Virus record (IMG/VR): IMGVR_UViG_3300032231_000005
Location: 1 to 47,757 of that record
DNA length: 47,757 nucleotides
DNA from: a virus
Taxonomy: Duplodnaviria > Caudoviricetes
Direction: 5' to 3' (one strand)
Shown here: one piece after another, positions 26,210 to 36,339 of the stretch
Position numbering within the stretch: position 1 is the stretch's first letter
Layout: each line of letters begins with the position of its first letter
Notes under the pieces: generated by a model
What the model was told of the DNA's origin: nothing
The model's database searches: none
What the model saw: only the letters and a program-made list of their open reading frames with translations
Position numbers and translations under genes: made by a program

Positions 26210-29200
26210 ATGACAGCACTATTTGACGAGGCACTAAGCGAATTTAATAAAATAAGCTCCAGCACAGAGGGACATTCTGGTACAAGCTACGGGTCATCCA
26301 ACGGTTATGAATTTGTAATCTGGATCGACAACGGGGATGACTATCCCGAACCCGAATCTGACTTAATCACGACAATAGTCGATTATGATGAAACTTTTGA
26401 GAATATGTACAAATTTACCATGACGCTAAACTTTGACACCCCACAACCAGCCACCGCAAGCGACACAGCCGACCCGCCACGCATCACGACAGGTGACACC
26501 GTCACATTAATTGGCGACCCGGTAGAGGGTACAGAGTACCGCGTGCATCTGATATTGCCCAACACCGCTTATATCGTAAATGGTGGCGGTATGAAAAACG
26601 TAGACGCGAGCCGATTACGGCTAGCACAGCCACAGCCACAGTCGACAATCGAAACACTGCAAGCGGAAAATGATGCGCTTAAGGCGAAAGTCGCGGAGCT
26701 GGTGAAAGACTTAAGCAACGCTACTAGTTTTGCAAGTTTCCTTGAATCTCGAATCGAGAAACTAGGGGTTAGAGTATCTGAAATTGAAGAAAAGATAGAC
26801 TGGCGATAACACGCAAAACAAAAGGGCGGTCAACCCACTCACGAGTAACCGCCCAAATTGATCTAACAAGGATATAAGAGGATACCATGAATTTATTGAA
26901 AGTGTCAAAATTAATGTTCTCAAAATATGGCAACACAGGCACAGAAAACACAACGGATGGCACAAAAGAACCGGGGGTACATGACCTCGTTGAGCATAGT
27001 AACGGGGCGCGGGCGATTGTTTGTAATATCGTTGATAATCCCTATTCATTTACAGAAAATCCCAACAAAGTCCTTTATGTTATCGGTGTGAACCTAAATA
27101 AAGAGGGTAAGCCGTGTAGCAAGTTTGGCGACCATTGGGGATTTGATGAAGTAACGCTAATTGCGGAGGTGCAATAATGACAATTTCAATAATAGACATT
27201 GATGGTACAAAACGGCATGTAGATTTACGCAATTGTGTTGAGTATCACACAACAGAAGGCATGGCGGGTAAATGGTTTGTGTATATTCAACCAGTCGGGG
27301 CAAGTGAGGATTTTGATCTTCGGTGGCAGATAACAGAGGAAACAGCAAAAACTCTTGAAGCCTTTTTTTCTGGTTTGTCTGCATACACGTTCGGGGGAGG
27401 GAAACAATAATGACCTACTTGACAGAAGCGGATAAGAACTGGAAGCAAGCGCAAGCGATATTGTTGGGGGTTAATAAACTTTTAAACGGCGCAATCATTA
27501 CCGACACTAACCAGCGAGAATTGTATTATTTAAAATGGTGTTTACGTTGCCTACAATCAGCACACAAACAAGGACTAATCACAACTAAAGACGCTTACAA
27601 CCTCGAGAACAAAGTGGACTGGTACAACTTGCTACTTGCCGAATTAGAGGATGTAATCAATCCAGTGTACACAGTGGCGCAGTACCCCCCGCTAGATGAT
27701 CTAACAGTCGAAGATCATAAGCGCGTAAACTTTGCGGGTATGCTCCGGTGGTGTCACATCGGATACAAGTCGCAGGTTAACAGCCTGCAAGGGTTTATTG
27801 AACTTGCGAAACTGGACGCTGACATTGCACAAGCGAAGCAATCGACGGTCACGAAAGGTAGCCCGTTGGCGAAGATCATTAGCGACCAAAAAAAAACTAA
27901 AGTAGTACCGATACCAGATGGCTTTATGGATACGCCATTTCACGAATACACAATCAGAAGTTTAAGACGTAGACGATAACTTAATTAACTAAGGGAGTTA
28001 GTGATGGAAGACCGATTAGAAGCTGAATTGAAGTATATTCGGAATGTGCTAGATAGCCCTATCGGCAATACGCGAAAATTCATATTAATAAAGGGGCTTT
28101 ATGAGGCTACTGCCAAACACGCTGGTAATTGCGTTGCCGAAAACGCGAAATTACGTAAGCAACTAGAAAAACAGACTGATGACAAAACCCGTGACGACCT
28201 CGACAAACAAGAATGGCGACACGATGAAGACACGCACAACATTGAAGACTGGCTAAACGGCAACTAGAAACCGCACGGGGGCGCGTATTGCACCCCCCTT
28301 AGACAAGGATAACAAGTGATGTTCAAATGGATAATGGATTTAATAAGACCGAAGCCAACTTTTTGGGATACCTATTTTGATAAGTTTATTATGCCTCATT
28401 GGGAACGGGGGCTACGGCATGGTATTCCTGAGGATGAATTGAACGCCATGTTCAAGGACTGTGTAGATAATTCCTATCTTGATGTTCTGCCCGGTATTAG
28501 CTTTAGAGACGCTGTAGACAATCGAATTAATGGCAAGGATAACGAGTGATGAAATGTAAGAAGTGTAAGCAAGCAATGCGAAACGACGGGAAGCAGGCAA
28601 CCGCTTGGAATCAAGTAGCTGGCAAGTTTGTGCCAACCGCTTGGAGCGAGGTCATTACGTGCGATAACAAGCGATGCACGATGTACAATTGCACGTTCAC
28701 AAACACGAATTATGGCAAGGTTGACGTAAGTAAATATCAGGAGCGCGAATGATGGGAAAGCGCAAACTTAAAAGCGAGTTTTCAACACAGTTGCAATCGG
28801 TGTCAAATCCTAACGTGACATTTGAATTTGCGATCCGTTACGATAACTATAGTGAAGAGTGGGAGTGGAAATCTATCGTTACGGACAACGGAGAAATCAT
28901 ACGTGAGATTGAAGGGCTTACATCGGTGTACGATATAGCCGTGTCAAAGATGCTTAACGTTATAAGCATTTATGGGTGGGAGTAGGCGTGATGCGATCAC
29001 GGGTCTATGAACATGACTACATAGACCCCAACTTCTAGGAAACTATAATAAAGAAAGCGAGGGCAAGTGATGAGTGATAACGACATTAACAAGTTAGAGG
29101 AAATACAGGCGATACTTGAGACTTCCGACAGCGAGGGGAAGAAGCTGACACAAATTGAGGCGTTGTTAAGCAAGCGGGGGGCGTTGTGTGAGTGTGATGG

Positions 29201-30253
29201 TTGCACAGAAATAGCAATAGTAACCCATGTACCAACAAATAAACGTTTTTGTGAATACCACATGATAACGAAAGAGAGTAGTACGATGGACGAAATATAT
29301 AATACTAGTTTTGATGATATGCCAATTCATACACAGGAGGCTATTGAGGTGATTGTGCAATACGGAGATGTCGGGGGAGGGCATCATAAACAATGGGTGC
29401 TAGATCAAGCCTTACGCGCATTAATGGGTGATGAATATCAAGCATGGCGCGATAAATATGATTTAGAAATGGCGCGGGAAGACTATAGTATTTGGGATGA
29501 AGGTATAGCCCCTTAACTAGAATAACGAAAGCGAGTAGCACGATGGACGCAAAAGAAAAAACAATGTTAGCTAAAAATGGGTACACATTAACCCACGTAG
29601 GCGATGAGTATCGCATCTATCAAGACGGCGTTAAAGAGCCATTGCATGTTATTGGCGACAAAGGCTCAGGCGTAGCCGTGCATACATTTTTAGCATACGC
29701 CAATGGTGATAACACCACCGCGCCCGCTGACGACAGCGAACAGGAGTAAACAGAATGAGCAAACAAAGCAAATACGAAATAGGCACAACACTAGAAGAAT
29801 GCTATCAAAAGTTACGCGGGGCGTGGTGGTACAATCATCTTGGCGCACCTATCCAAACTCGCGAGTATAAAACAGGATTAAAATTCACGCCTTATGCAGT
29901 TACATTTTTCAGTTACGAATATGTCAACCCTAAGTCGTTGGGGTGTGACAAATATGAACATTTATTTAACTGGAAGTGCATCAGTGTACACCCCGCGCCC
30001 ACCGACGGCGACGGGGAATAGCGCGATGCTCCTAATCAAATATACTGGCAACAACAACAGTCACCAACTTTTTAAAGATGACAACTTGCTATTTGAAGGC
30101 ACATTTACAGAGTGCTTTGATATTATGGATCAAGAAAAAAGAAATGACTGTAATCAGCGCATAATTGAATATGTTAATTGCTTGGATGTCAGCGATACTT
30201 TAAAAGCCAAGTTGTTGAAACTCTCCGTGACAGCAATAAATAGCTACCGATAA
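26210..30253 (+). CDS. Rightward cluster of small hypothetical proteins (26210..26809, 26887..27177, 27177..27410, 27410..27979, 28001..28267, 28316..28549, 28546..28752, 28749..28985, 29067..29516, 29543..29749, 29755..30021, ~30026..30253)
   Basis: Tightly packed, SD-led ORFs; 29067..29516 has GGHHKQWVLDQ...WDEGIAP, a recurrent phage motif. Confidence 0.65.
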
Positions 30254-30267
30254 CTATAAATTACCGC

Positions 30268-30405
30268 AAACAAAAAGACGGCTACCATCTGGCAACCGTC
30301 TTTTTGTTTATTGCGTTAAAAAAATGAAAAGCCCTCCCATCAATGCGTATCGGACGCGGGGAGAGCTTTTCTTCACCACACGAAAAGTTTAGCTAAAACT
30401 TTTCG
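30268..30405. terminator. Convergent terminator cluster (three hairpins)
   Basis: AAACAAAAAGACGG...CCGTCTTTTTGTTT; GAAAAGCCCTCCC...GGGAGAGCTTTTC; CGAAAAGTTT...AAACTTTTCG between converging operons. Confidence 0.8.
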
Positions 30406-30432
30406 TTTTAGTATTTTCATTATATCACAAAT

Positions 30433-30690
30433 CTATTTGTTTTCATCTGATGCGATACGCATTATACGTGTAACACCATATCTATTTCCCCGCTCCGACA
30501 CCCCTTGGACAAAAACGCGATCACCCATTACAACACCCTTTATAGAATCTTCATTACCCTTGAAAATATACTCAACATTATTAGATTTAATTTTTAATTC
30601 AGTGTACCCCATTTGAGGTTGCACCCACTTAAAATCATAATTAGTAATCACCCCAACCAGCTCGATTTTTATTTCTACTTCGTCATTCAT
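30433..30690 (-). CDS. Hypothetical OB-fold-like protein (moron-like)
   Basis: AT-rich, own TGG-TACAAT promoter and SD GAGGG. Confidence 0.55.
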   Translation of the reverse strand: MNDEVEIKIELVGVITNYDFKWVQPQMGYTELKIKSNNVEYIFKGNEDSIKGVVMGDRVFVQGVSERGNRYGVTRIMRIASDENK

Positions 30691-30809
30691 GTCACGTCCC
30701 TCATATATTTTGTACTATTGTACCATGTAAGGCAATAAGTCCCTCCCCTAATCGTTGGGGGTGTAATCGCCTCGTTAAGCGTAAAGCATACCACATTATG
30801 GTAATGACG

Positions 30810-31634
30810 TTAGAACGTCACTGCGCTATCACCATTGCAGAAATCATCTGGCGCGTGTAGGACCTCCAGTGCGTGAATAGATACCTGAGTACCCTGTAGG
30901 AAACTACCCCACACCAACTCGCTATATACAGCAATAACACCGTCAATCAACTCATCAGTTTGCACTATCCAAAATATCTCATGTCCATTAGTGCCACTGA
31001 AACGCCCGCCGAATGACTGATTACGCAATTGTATAATGCGCTCATCGGTTAAATGTATCTGTGCAGATAGTGATATATCGCTTGTGCTACCGTTTGGTAT
31101 CGAATGCGATCCCGTTTGCTTAATCAGGTAACATATATCAGGCTCGAAAACCTGTTCAAATTGTACGCCAAATTGACCGTCAACTTGTACAAGCTCTAAT
31201 GTCATGCCGTTAAATGTACCGCCACGGAAAAATGTAGCACCCGCGTTTTGGTATGCGAACGTGCGTTGTAATGCTGGGAATTGCCAGTACCAATATCCAT
31301 CGTACAACGCGACATAACGCCCATCGGCTGTTCCCAAATCTACTGTCTGAAAATTGCCATTGTTAAGCACTAGACACGGGTTGTTATTCGTATTTACTTG
31401 TGCGAAGCCTTCAACCCGTTCACCTGTGAAGCAGTCGAAGTAGAACAATACCTCTTGCGCAACCGTAGGCGCAACCGTAGGCTCATCTGTTGGTGTTGGC
31501 GTGGTATCGCGGGTGCATGATGATAATAGTACAATCACCGCGATTAGCAACGCTGACTGTGTGACATGCAATACAACGTGCCCCGTTTTTGATAACCGTT
31601 GATAATACCGGTCCCAAACGTTATGCAGTTTCAT
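30810..31634 (-). CDS. Putative lipoprotein
   Basis: Hydrophobic stretch ending LLSS-C lipobox, then a TPTPT linker and beta-rich domain. Confidence 0.65.
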   Translation of the reverse strand: MKLHNVWDRYYQRLSKTGHVVLHVTQSALLIAVIVLLSSCTRDTTPTPTDEPTVAPTVAQEVLFYFDCFTGERVEGFAQVNTNNNPCLVLNNGNFQTVDLGTADGRYVALYDGYWYWQFPALQRTFAYQNAGATFFRGGTFNGMTLELVQVDGQFGVQFEQVFEPDICYLIKQTGSHSIPNGSTSDISLSAQIHLTDERIIQLRNQSFGGRFSGTNGHEIFWIVQTDELIDGVIAVYSELVWGSFLQGTQVSIHALEVLHAPDDFCNGDSAVTF

Positions 31635-32076
31635 ATTTCCTCAATTCTTTGATTAATTCTTCCCAGTCTTCACCTTTAACCACGCCATCAGCTAACGCCC
31701 TTTCGATAGTAGGTATTGATTTTGGGCTTTCGATTGTGCTAAGCGCACGCCAAACACCGTCAACAACCGTATGCAGTTCACTCTGTATGAGCGATTCGGC
31801 AAATAACCGCAATGTTTCCACGTCTTCGGGGTCTATAACGTGGTGCGGTAATTGAACGAGGCACTCCCTGATAGTTTTGCTGTGTCTTGAGACATTAGGT
31901 GTGCGCTTAATGAACTGCTTAACCGCATCAAGTACAGGAGTTAGACCGTACTTGTCTACATATTGACATAGCCTAATTGAGAACGCGCTATCATAGCCAC
32001 TCCTGAAATGTTCATCTTGAGATGTGATGAATATATCCTCAACCAATTGCGTTAATGTTTTGTGAAATCGCGTCAT
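31621..32076 (-). CDS. Helical (HEAT-like) hypothetical protein
   Basis: Likely start MTRFHK at 32076 with SD GGAG. Confidence 0.55.
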   Translation of the reverse strand: MTRFHKTLTQLVEDIFITSQDEHFRSGYDSAFSIRLCQYVDKYGLTPVLDAVKQFIKRTPNVSRHSKTIRECLVQLPHHVIDPEDVETLRLFAESLIQSELHTVVDGVWRALSTIESPKSIPTIERALADGVVKGEDWEELIKELRKYETA

Positions 32077-32104
32077 TGAAATCTCCAAAGTTTGGGAACT
32101 TGCA

Positions 32105-32461
32105 TTATTGGTCCTGCTTTGGTGCGAAGTCAGGACGGCTATCCCCAATGATTGGGGTTTTAGTATACTGAGCCACCTTGTACAAACCAGCACTGCCGAC
32201 GAATACACTTGCTAACCCTGCTACAATAACAGCTATTGTATCGAATGCGGTTGTGAACTGCTCAATGTAATTAAACTCATCAGCAACCAAAGCGATAGCG
32301 TACACGATAATGATAACGCCCGTGCTTAACATCTTGGTGTCAATGCTTGCCAATACTCCCCATTTTTTCAGTAGTGCGGTTAACGATGTTGCAAAGGGGG
32401 CTAAACCCACAACGCTCAATAGTGCCATTTCAACTACATTATCCAGCAACGCTTCACTCAT
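32105..32461 (-). CDS. Holin-like membrane protein
   Basis: 118 aa, about 3 TM helices, charged C-terminus, lysis-module position. Confidence 0.6.
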   Translation of the reverse strand: MSEALLDNVVEMALLSVVGLAPFATSLTALLKKWGVLASIDTKMLSTGVIIIVYAIALVADEFNYIEQFTTAFDTIAVIVAGLASVFVGSAGLYKVAQYTKTPIIGDSRPDFAPKQDQ

Positions 32462-32472
32462 GTTTCATTCTC

Positions 32473-33150
32473 CTATATGATATTGAACACTTTTAAAATA
32501 GCGGTAATAACAGGTGCGGAGCTTATACCGCCCACGCTTACCGCCACAAATCTCCAGTTAATACCCGCGATAAATTCATATACGCGGTCTAGTTTTTTTG
32601 TGGTTGCCTCTAATTCGCCAACCTTGCCTATTATTCCGTCGCTTGTTTCACCGTCGCCAAACACCCCAAACAGCAATTTAACCATCATAGCTTTAACTTC
32701 AAGATGATGTTTATGCGCTTGTTCGGTTAGTTTCTTGTCTTCCGATTGTAACCCTGTGATGTCGGTTTGTATCATTTCAACATCCTTTTTGTTGTTACTT
32801 GTGCGTTCATTTACTGCGCTCAATTCTCGTGCGAAGGGCAACATAGCAGACTTAACGCCCACGTCTACAGCACTAGCAACATTACGTGCTATCCTGTCGT
32901 CCATGCCCTTTAGTATCGCATCTAACGCGGTGGTGTTTTCATTGCGTAATGCACTAATTTGATCGTCCGTATATTGCTTAGAGGCTTTGTCGCCATCGCG
33001 GGTAGCCTTATACATTTTGGCGATGTCGTCATCAATCTTGTCCAACCGTTTAAGGATTAGTTGCTCGAACTCGCCAGTTTCTACTTGCACTTTGTCACCA
33101 TCGCCATTGATTGGCACTAGCTTTGGTATCTCTTTAGGTGGTCTTTCCAT
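32473..33150 (-). CDS. Coiled-coil protein with C-terminal membrane anchor
   Basis: Heptad-rich with a hydrophobic C-terminus, next to the holin-like gene. Confidence 0.6.
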   Translation of the reverse strand: MERPPKEIPKLVPINGDGDKVQVETGEFEQLILKRLDKIDDDIAKMYKATRDGDKASKQYTDDQISALRNENTTALDAILKGMDDRIARNVASAVDVGVKSAMLPFARELSAVNERTSNNKKDVEMIQTDITGLQSEDKKLTEQAHKHHLEVKAMMVKLLFGVFGDGETSDGIIGKVGELEATTKKLDRVYEFIAGINWRFVAVSVGGISSAPVITAILKVFNII

Positions 33151-33198
33151 TTTTCGCGCCCCCTCAGCGCATATTATAATATTTGTTACATCATATCA

Positions 33199-33280
33199 TG
33201 ATATAATAGGTGTGTGTGACCTACAGCACGTTTAGGCGTGTGTGGCAATTCCCTAGTTGCCAGTAGGCACACTTTTTGTT
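33199..33280 (+). ncRNA. Putative three-way-junction small RNA
   Basis: TGA-TATAAT (33199-33207); outer stem GUGUG-A-CCUAC/GUAGG-CACAC enclosing two hairpins, then UUUUU. Confidence 0.5.
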
Positions 33281-33321
33281 TATCAGTATATCACACCTTT
33301 GTAACAGTACACTAATTACCA

Positions 33322-34581
33322 CTAATAGTAAGAACGCCTTGCATCGCGCCCGAAGGACGCACCCTCCGTTTTATTCACTTTGCCTAACTGATATTGCCCT
33401 GATAGCGTTAAATCCTCTTTAGAAGCCCATGTGACTTGTCCTGTTTCGCCGTCGTAATTGATTTTCTCAACATACGACACGGGTATCTGCGCATTTAGTG
33501 GCGTGTTGAACGATGGGATATCAAGGATAGATATATTCGCGTCAGGGGTAATTGTCCACGGGTCTAATAATTCACCCGTTGCGCTATAGACACGGCGGTC
33601 TTTGAATATATTTGTGTAGTATTTCGTTTCGGTGTTCGCCTGCCTGTAATAGGCACGGCGATAGCCTAAGTTGGGGTCTGTTCTCGTTATCCCAAATACC
33701 CAGTCATTTACGCCGTCCCCCGGCTCTACGTGCTGGCGTATAAAATCAAGGTGTGATTGCCCGCCTCGTTTTTCAGTAGATGTATTATATGTGGCGTTTG
33801 CATTGAAAAATGTGAAATCTTCAGTATTGTAAAATACGCCCGTGCCGTTACTCGTGAATCGTGACGAATTGTAACCTGTCGCGTTAGATACTAGGACATA
33901 CCAAAGATAATTAAAAACAATTGATGAAACCTGTGACGTTGCGACCCCGACCTCAAAAGTATCCCACTCTAGCGTATGATAAAACCCCTTTATTTCAAGT
34001 TTCAGACTGTAATTAGAAGCGTTACCCGTGGGCGTGACGGTCATCTGCTCGTAGGGGTCAGCGTGTTTAGCAAGCAACAAATCGCGTTGTACATTGTGGC
34101 GTGTATCGGTTGTCAGGTACTCAATACCTAAATCCTGTGTCAACATCTTAGAGCCATATATATCAATACTATCCTGATTTAGTACCTCAGCACTCACTTT
34201 GCTGTTTGGTGCTGACACTTTGTTAAAATACGACACCATAACGCGGTTGCCTAATGTGTCTAACGATACACTGAATTTAAACCCACGTATCTCAAGATTA
34301 ATCCGATTGATATACCCCTCGAATATCGGTGCAGATGGGTTGTTCACAATCGTCTGAACGCGATTACCTAAGTACGCACCGAAAATATCAAACGCCTCCG
34401 TAGGGTCAACGGCTAATTCACATGACGCGCTATCGTCACCGCCCATAGCGATAATTTGATGCTTGTAATTGTGCGCTTGATAAGTGGCTAATATACGATC
34501 ATTAACAACGGGCGCAAGGCGTGTACCAGACATAGCTTGGCGCGGTTTCTTGTATACCACAAGCTGATGTATTTTACTCAT
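33322..34581 (-). CDS. Tail tip/hub protein
   Basis: Second gene after tape measure; GGDDSASCEL...IFEGYINRI..SLDTLGNRVMVSY. Confidence 0.7.
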   Translation of the reverse strand: MSKIHQLVVYKKPRQAMSGTRLAPVVNDRILATYQAHNYKHQIIAMGGDDSASCELAVDPTEAFDIFGAYLGNRVQTIVNNPSAPIFEGYINRINLEIRGFKFSVSLDTLGNRVMVSYFNKVSAPNSKVSAEVLNQDSIDIYGSKMLTQDLGIEYLTTDTRHNVQRDLLLAKHADPYEQMTVTPTGNASNYSLKLEIKGFYHTLEWDTFEVGVATSQVSSIVFNYLWYVLVSNATGYNSSRFTSNGTGVFYNTEDFTFFNANATYNTSTEKRGGQSHLDFIRQHVEPGDGVNDWVFGITRTDPNLGYRRAYYRQANTETKYYTNIFKDRRVYSATGELLDPWTITPDANISILDIPSFNTPLNAQIPVSYVEKINYDGETGQVTWASKEDLTLSGQYQLGKVNKTEGASFGRDARRSYY

Positions 34582-36328
34582 CGCGGTTGCCAGACCAGCG
34601 TGGAATGATGTTGACTGCTAGTGCAAGCGGGTCTGTTGGGTCTGTGTCCGACAGCAACCCCCCACCTGTATCCTCGTAGGCGTATATAATGTGGAGCCTG
34701 TTATCAACCCCGGGTATTAACTGGGGAACGACACCCACAATATTAGCTGATGAAATTTTTGTACCCCCCGTAGTATTCTTAAATCGTGATTTAGAGAGTA
34801 CCCCCCCGTGTCCTAAATATCCTGTTCCATCCACAGTTACTTGCTCAACAACCCCGTTAGCGGGCAAAACTGCCTTAAACATGGCAATGTCATAAGGTAC
34901 CAAAATGATGTCGCATATATTGACAGTCACAGCACCCCCCGCACTTCTATCATTGTAGCGCAACTCTATTTTGAAATCTCCACCGTCTATGTTGTATAAC
35001 CCAACACCGTCACTAGCTGACTTCGCCCGCTCACCAATCGGCAGGGATATATTGCCCATGTATGCGAATGGGAAACGGTCTGCGGGCGCGGTGGTACTTG
35101 CGGGGTTAATTGACTGAGTATCAATAAAATTATCATAATCACCAATAGCAGATATACGCAAGAATAAGTCTATATCTGTGCTGACACCCGCCGTTAAGTC
35201 ATGCCTCATGTAAACACTATATTTGCCTATATAAGAGTTTAGACGGATTTTATAATCAACATTACTTGCACTCCCCCCATTCCCCTCGCCCCACGACCCG
35301 ACTTGACCGCCAGTCAATGCCCCCGCTACAAATGCTACATTTAACACATGTTTGGTCACTGTAGAGCTGTTACTTATCACCCCTTGCCCCGTTAAGTAAG
35401 TTGTCACGAAATCGGGGTTTCCTGCTATATCGTTTATATCCCCACCAGCAAACACATAATTATCGTTAAAATCGTCTGTATATGAGGTGGGTACTGGCAG
35501 ACGGGGTGTCACAGAGTGACCGACATATAATTCTTTTAGGATCGTGCCAACACCAGCAGATACGCCCATGTCAATCATGCACAAGGCGGGTAAGTCGCCG
35601 GGTATATCCTCTTTCGGGATAGTAATGTAGTTCTCTGTAATCGTTGGGCTATCCTGCCCCGCGCCGAAGTCGTATTCCAGTCGATTTGTGAACGCGGTTT
35701 CGTATATCAGCGAGTTAGATGATAGCGGGTCTAAATCCGTATAACCAAAATCTTGACCGGGTATATTACCGCCCGCCAATTGTGCGTAATAAACGGGGCT
35801 TGTACCCGGTGGTATCGCACGCCAGCCGTATTCACGCTCCCACGATATTGTTATAGACGCGATTGATACTAAGTCCTCAGCACTTTTGTCTAAGTAGCTA
35901 ATCTCGCTGTCAATGTTAAATAGCAATGCGAATTGCGCGGGTACTTCATTTGTTTGGCGATAGTGCAAATACACAGGTTCAATGAAGCTATGCCCTGTGC
36001 CAAACCGCTTGCAGTCAGCAATGAATAACTTAATCTCTTTTAGCTTCTGATTAAGCTCCTTAAACGTTGACGCGCTAACTTTGAATGTCACCGTTTCAAC
36101 GATATTGCCATACGCCAACGATAGCGGTTGCCTACCATCACTCAATGAGCTATCCGCCCACACACCCCCGTTCTTAGTCTGCGGGTTATTAGGCGAATAC
36201 TGAACGCTGTCGGCTGTACCGATACCCCCGCTTAGGATGTCAAGAACTACAATATCCTTTTCGGGGCTATCAGTATAATTTGGTAGGGGCATAACACCCC
36301 GTATAATCTTAAATTCTTGTGCTGTCAT
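34574..36328 (-). CDS. Distal tail (Dit-like) protein with inserted beta domains
   Basis: Directly after tape measure; IPGDLPALC motif; beta-rich. Confidence 0.65.
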   Translation of the reverse strand: MTAQEFKIIRGVMPLPNYTDSPEKDIVVLDILSGGIGTADSVQYSPNNPQTKNGGVWADSSLSDGRQPLSLAYGNIVETVTFKVSASTFKELNQKLKEIKLFIADCKRFGTGHSFIEPVYLHYRQTNEVPAQFALLFNIDSEISYLDKSAEDLVSIASITISWEREYGWRAIPPGTSPVYYAQLAGGNIPGQDFGYTDLDPLSSNSLIYETAFTNRLEYDFGAGQDSPTITENYITIPKEDIPGDLPALCMIDMGVSAGVGTILKELYVGHSVTPRLPVPTSYTDDFNDNYVFAGGDINDIAGNPDFVTTYLTGQGVISNSSTVTKHVLNVAFVAGALTGGQVGSWGEGNGGSASNVDYKIRLNSYIGKYSVYMRHDLTAGVSTDIDLFLRISAIGDYDNFIDTQSINPASTTAPADRFPFAYMGNISLPIGERAKSASDGVGLYNIDGGDFKIELRYNDRSAGGAVTVNICDIILVPYDIAMFKAVLPANGVVEQVTVDGTGYLGHGGVLSKSRFKNTTGGTKISSANIVGVVPQLIPGVDNRLHIIYAYEDTGGGLLSDTDPTDPLALAVNIIPRWSGNRDE

Positions 36329-36339
36329 ATGTCACCTTT

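Noticed and set aside
33211-33278. tRNA gene
   Set aside because: Only two internal hairpins, no TTC-RA T-loop or D-loop consensus and no CCA. Kept as a generic ncRNA candidate.
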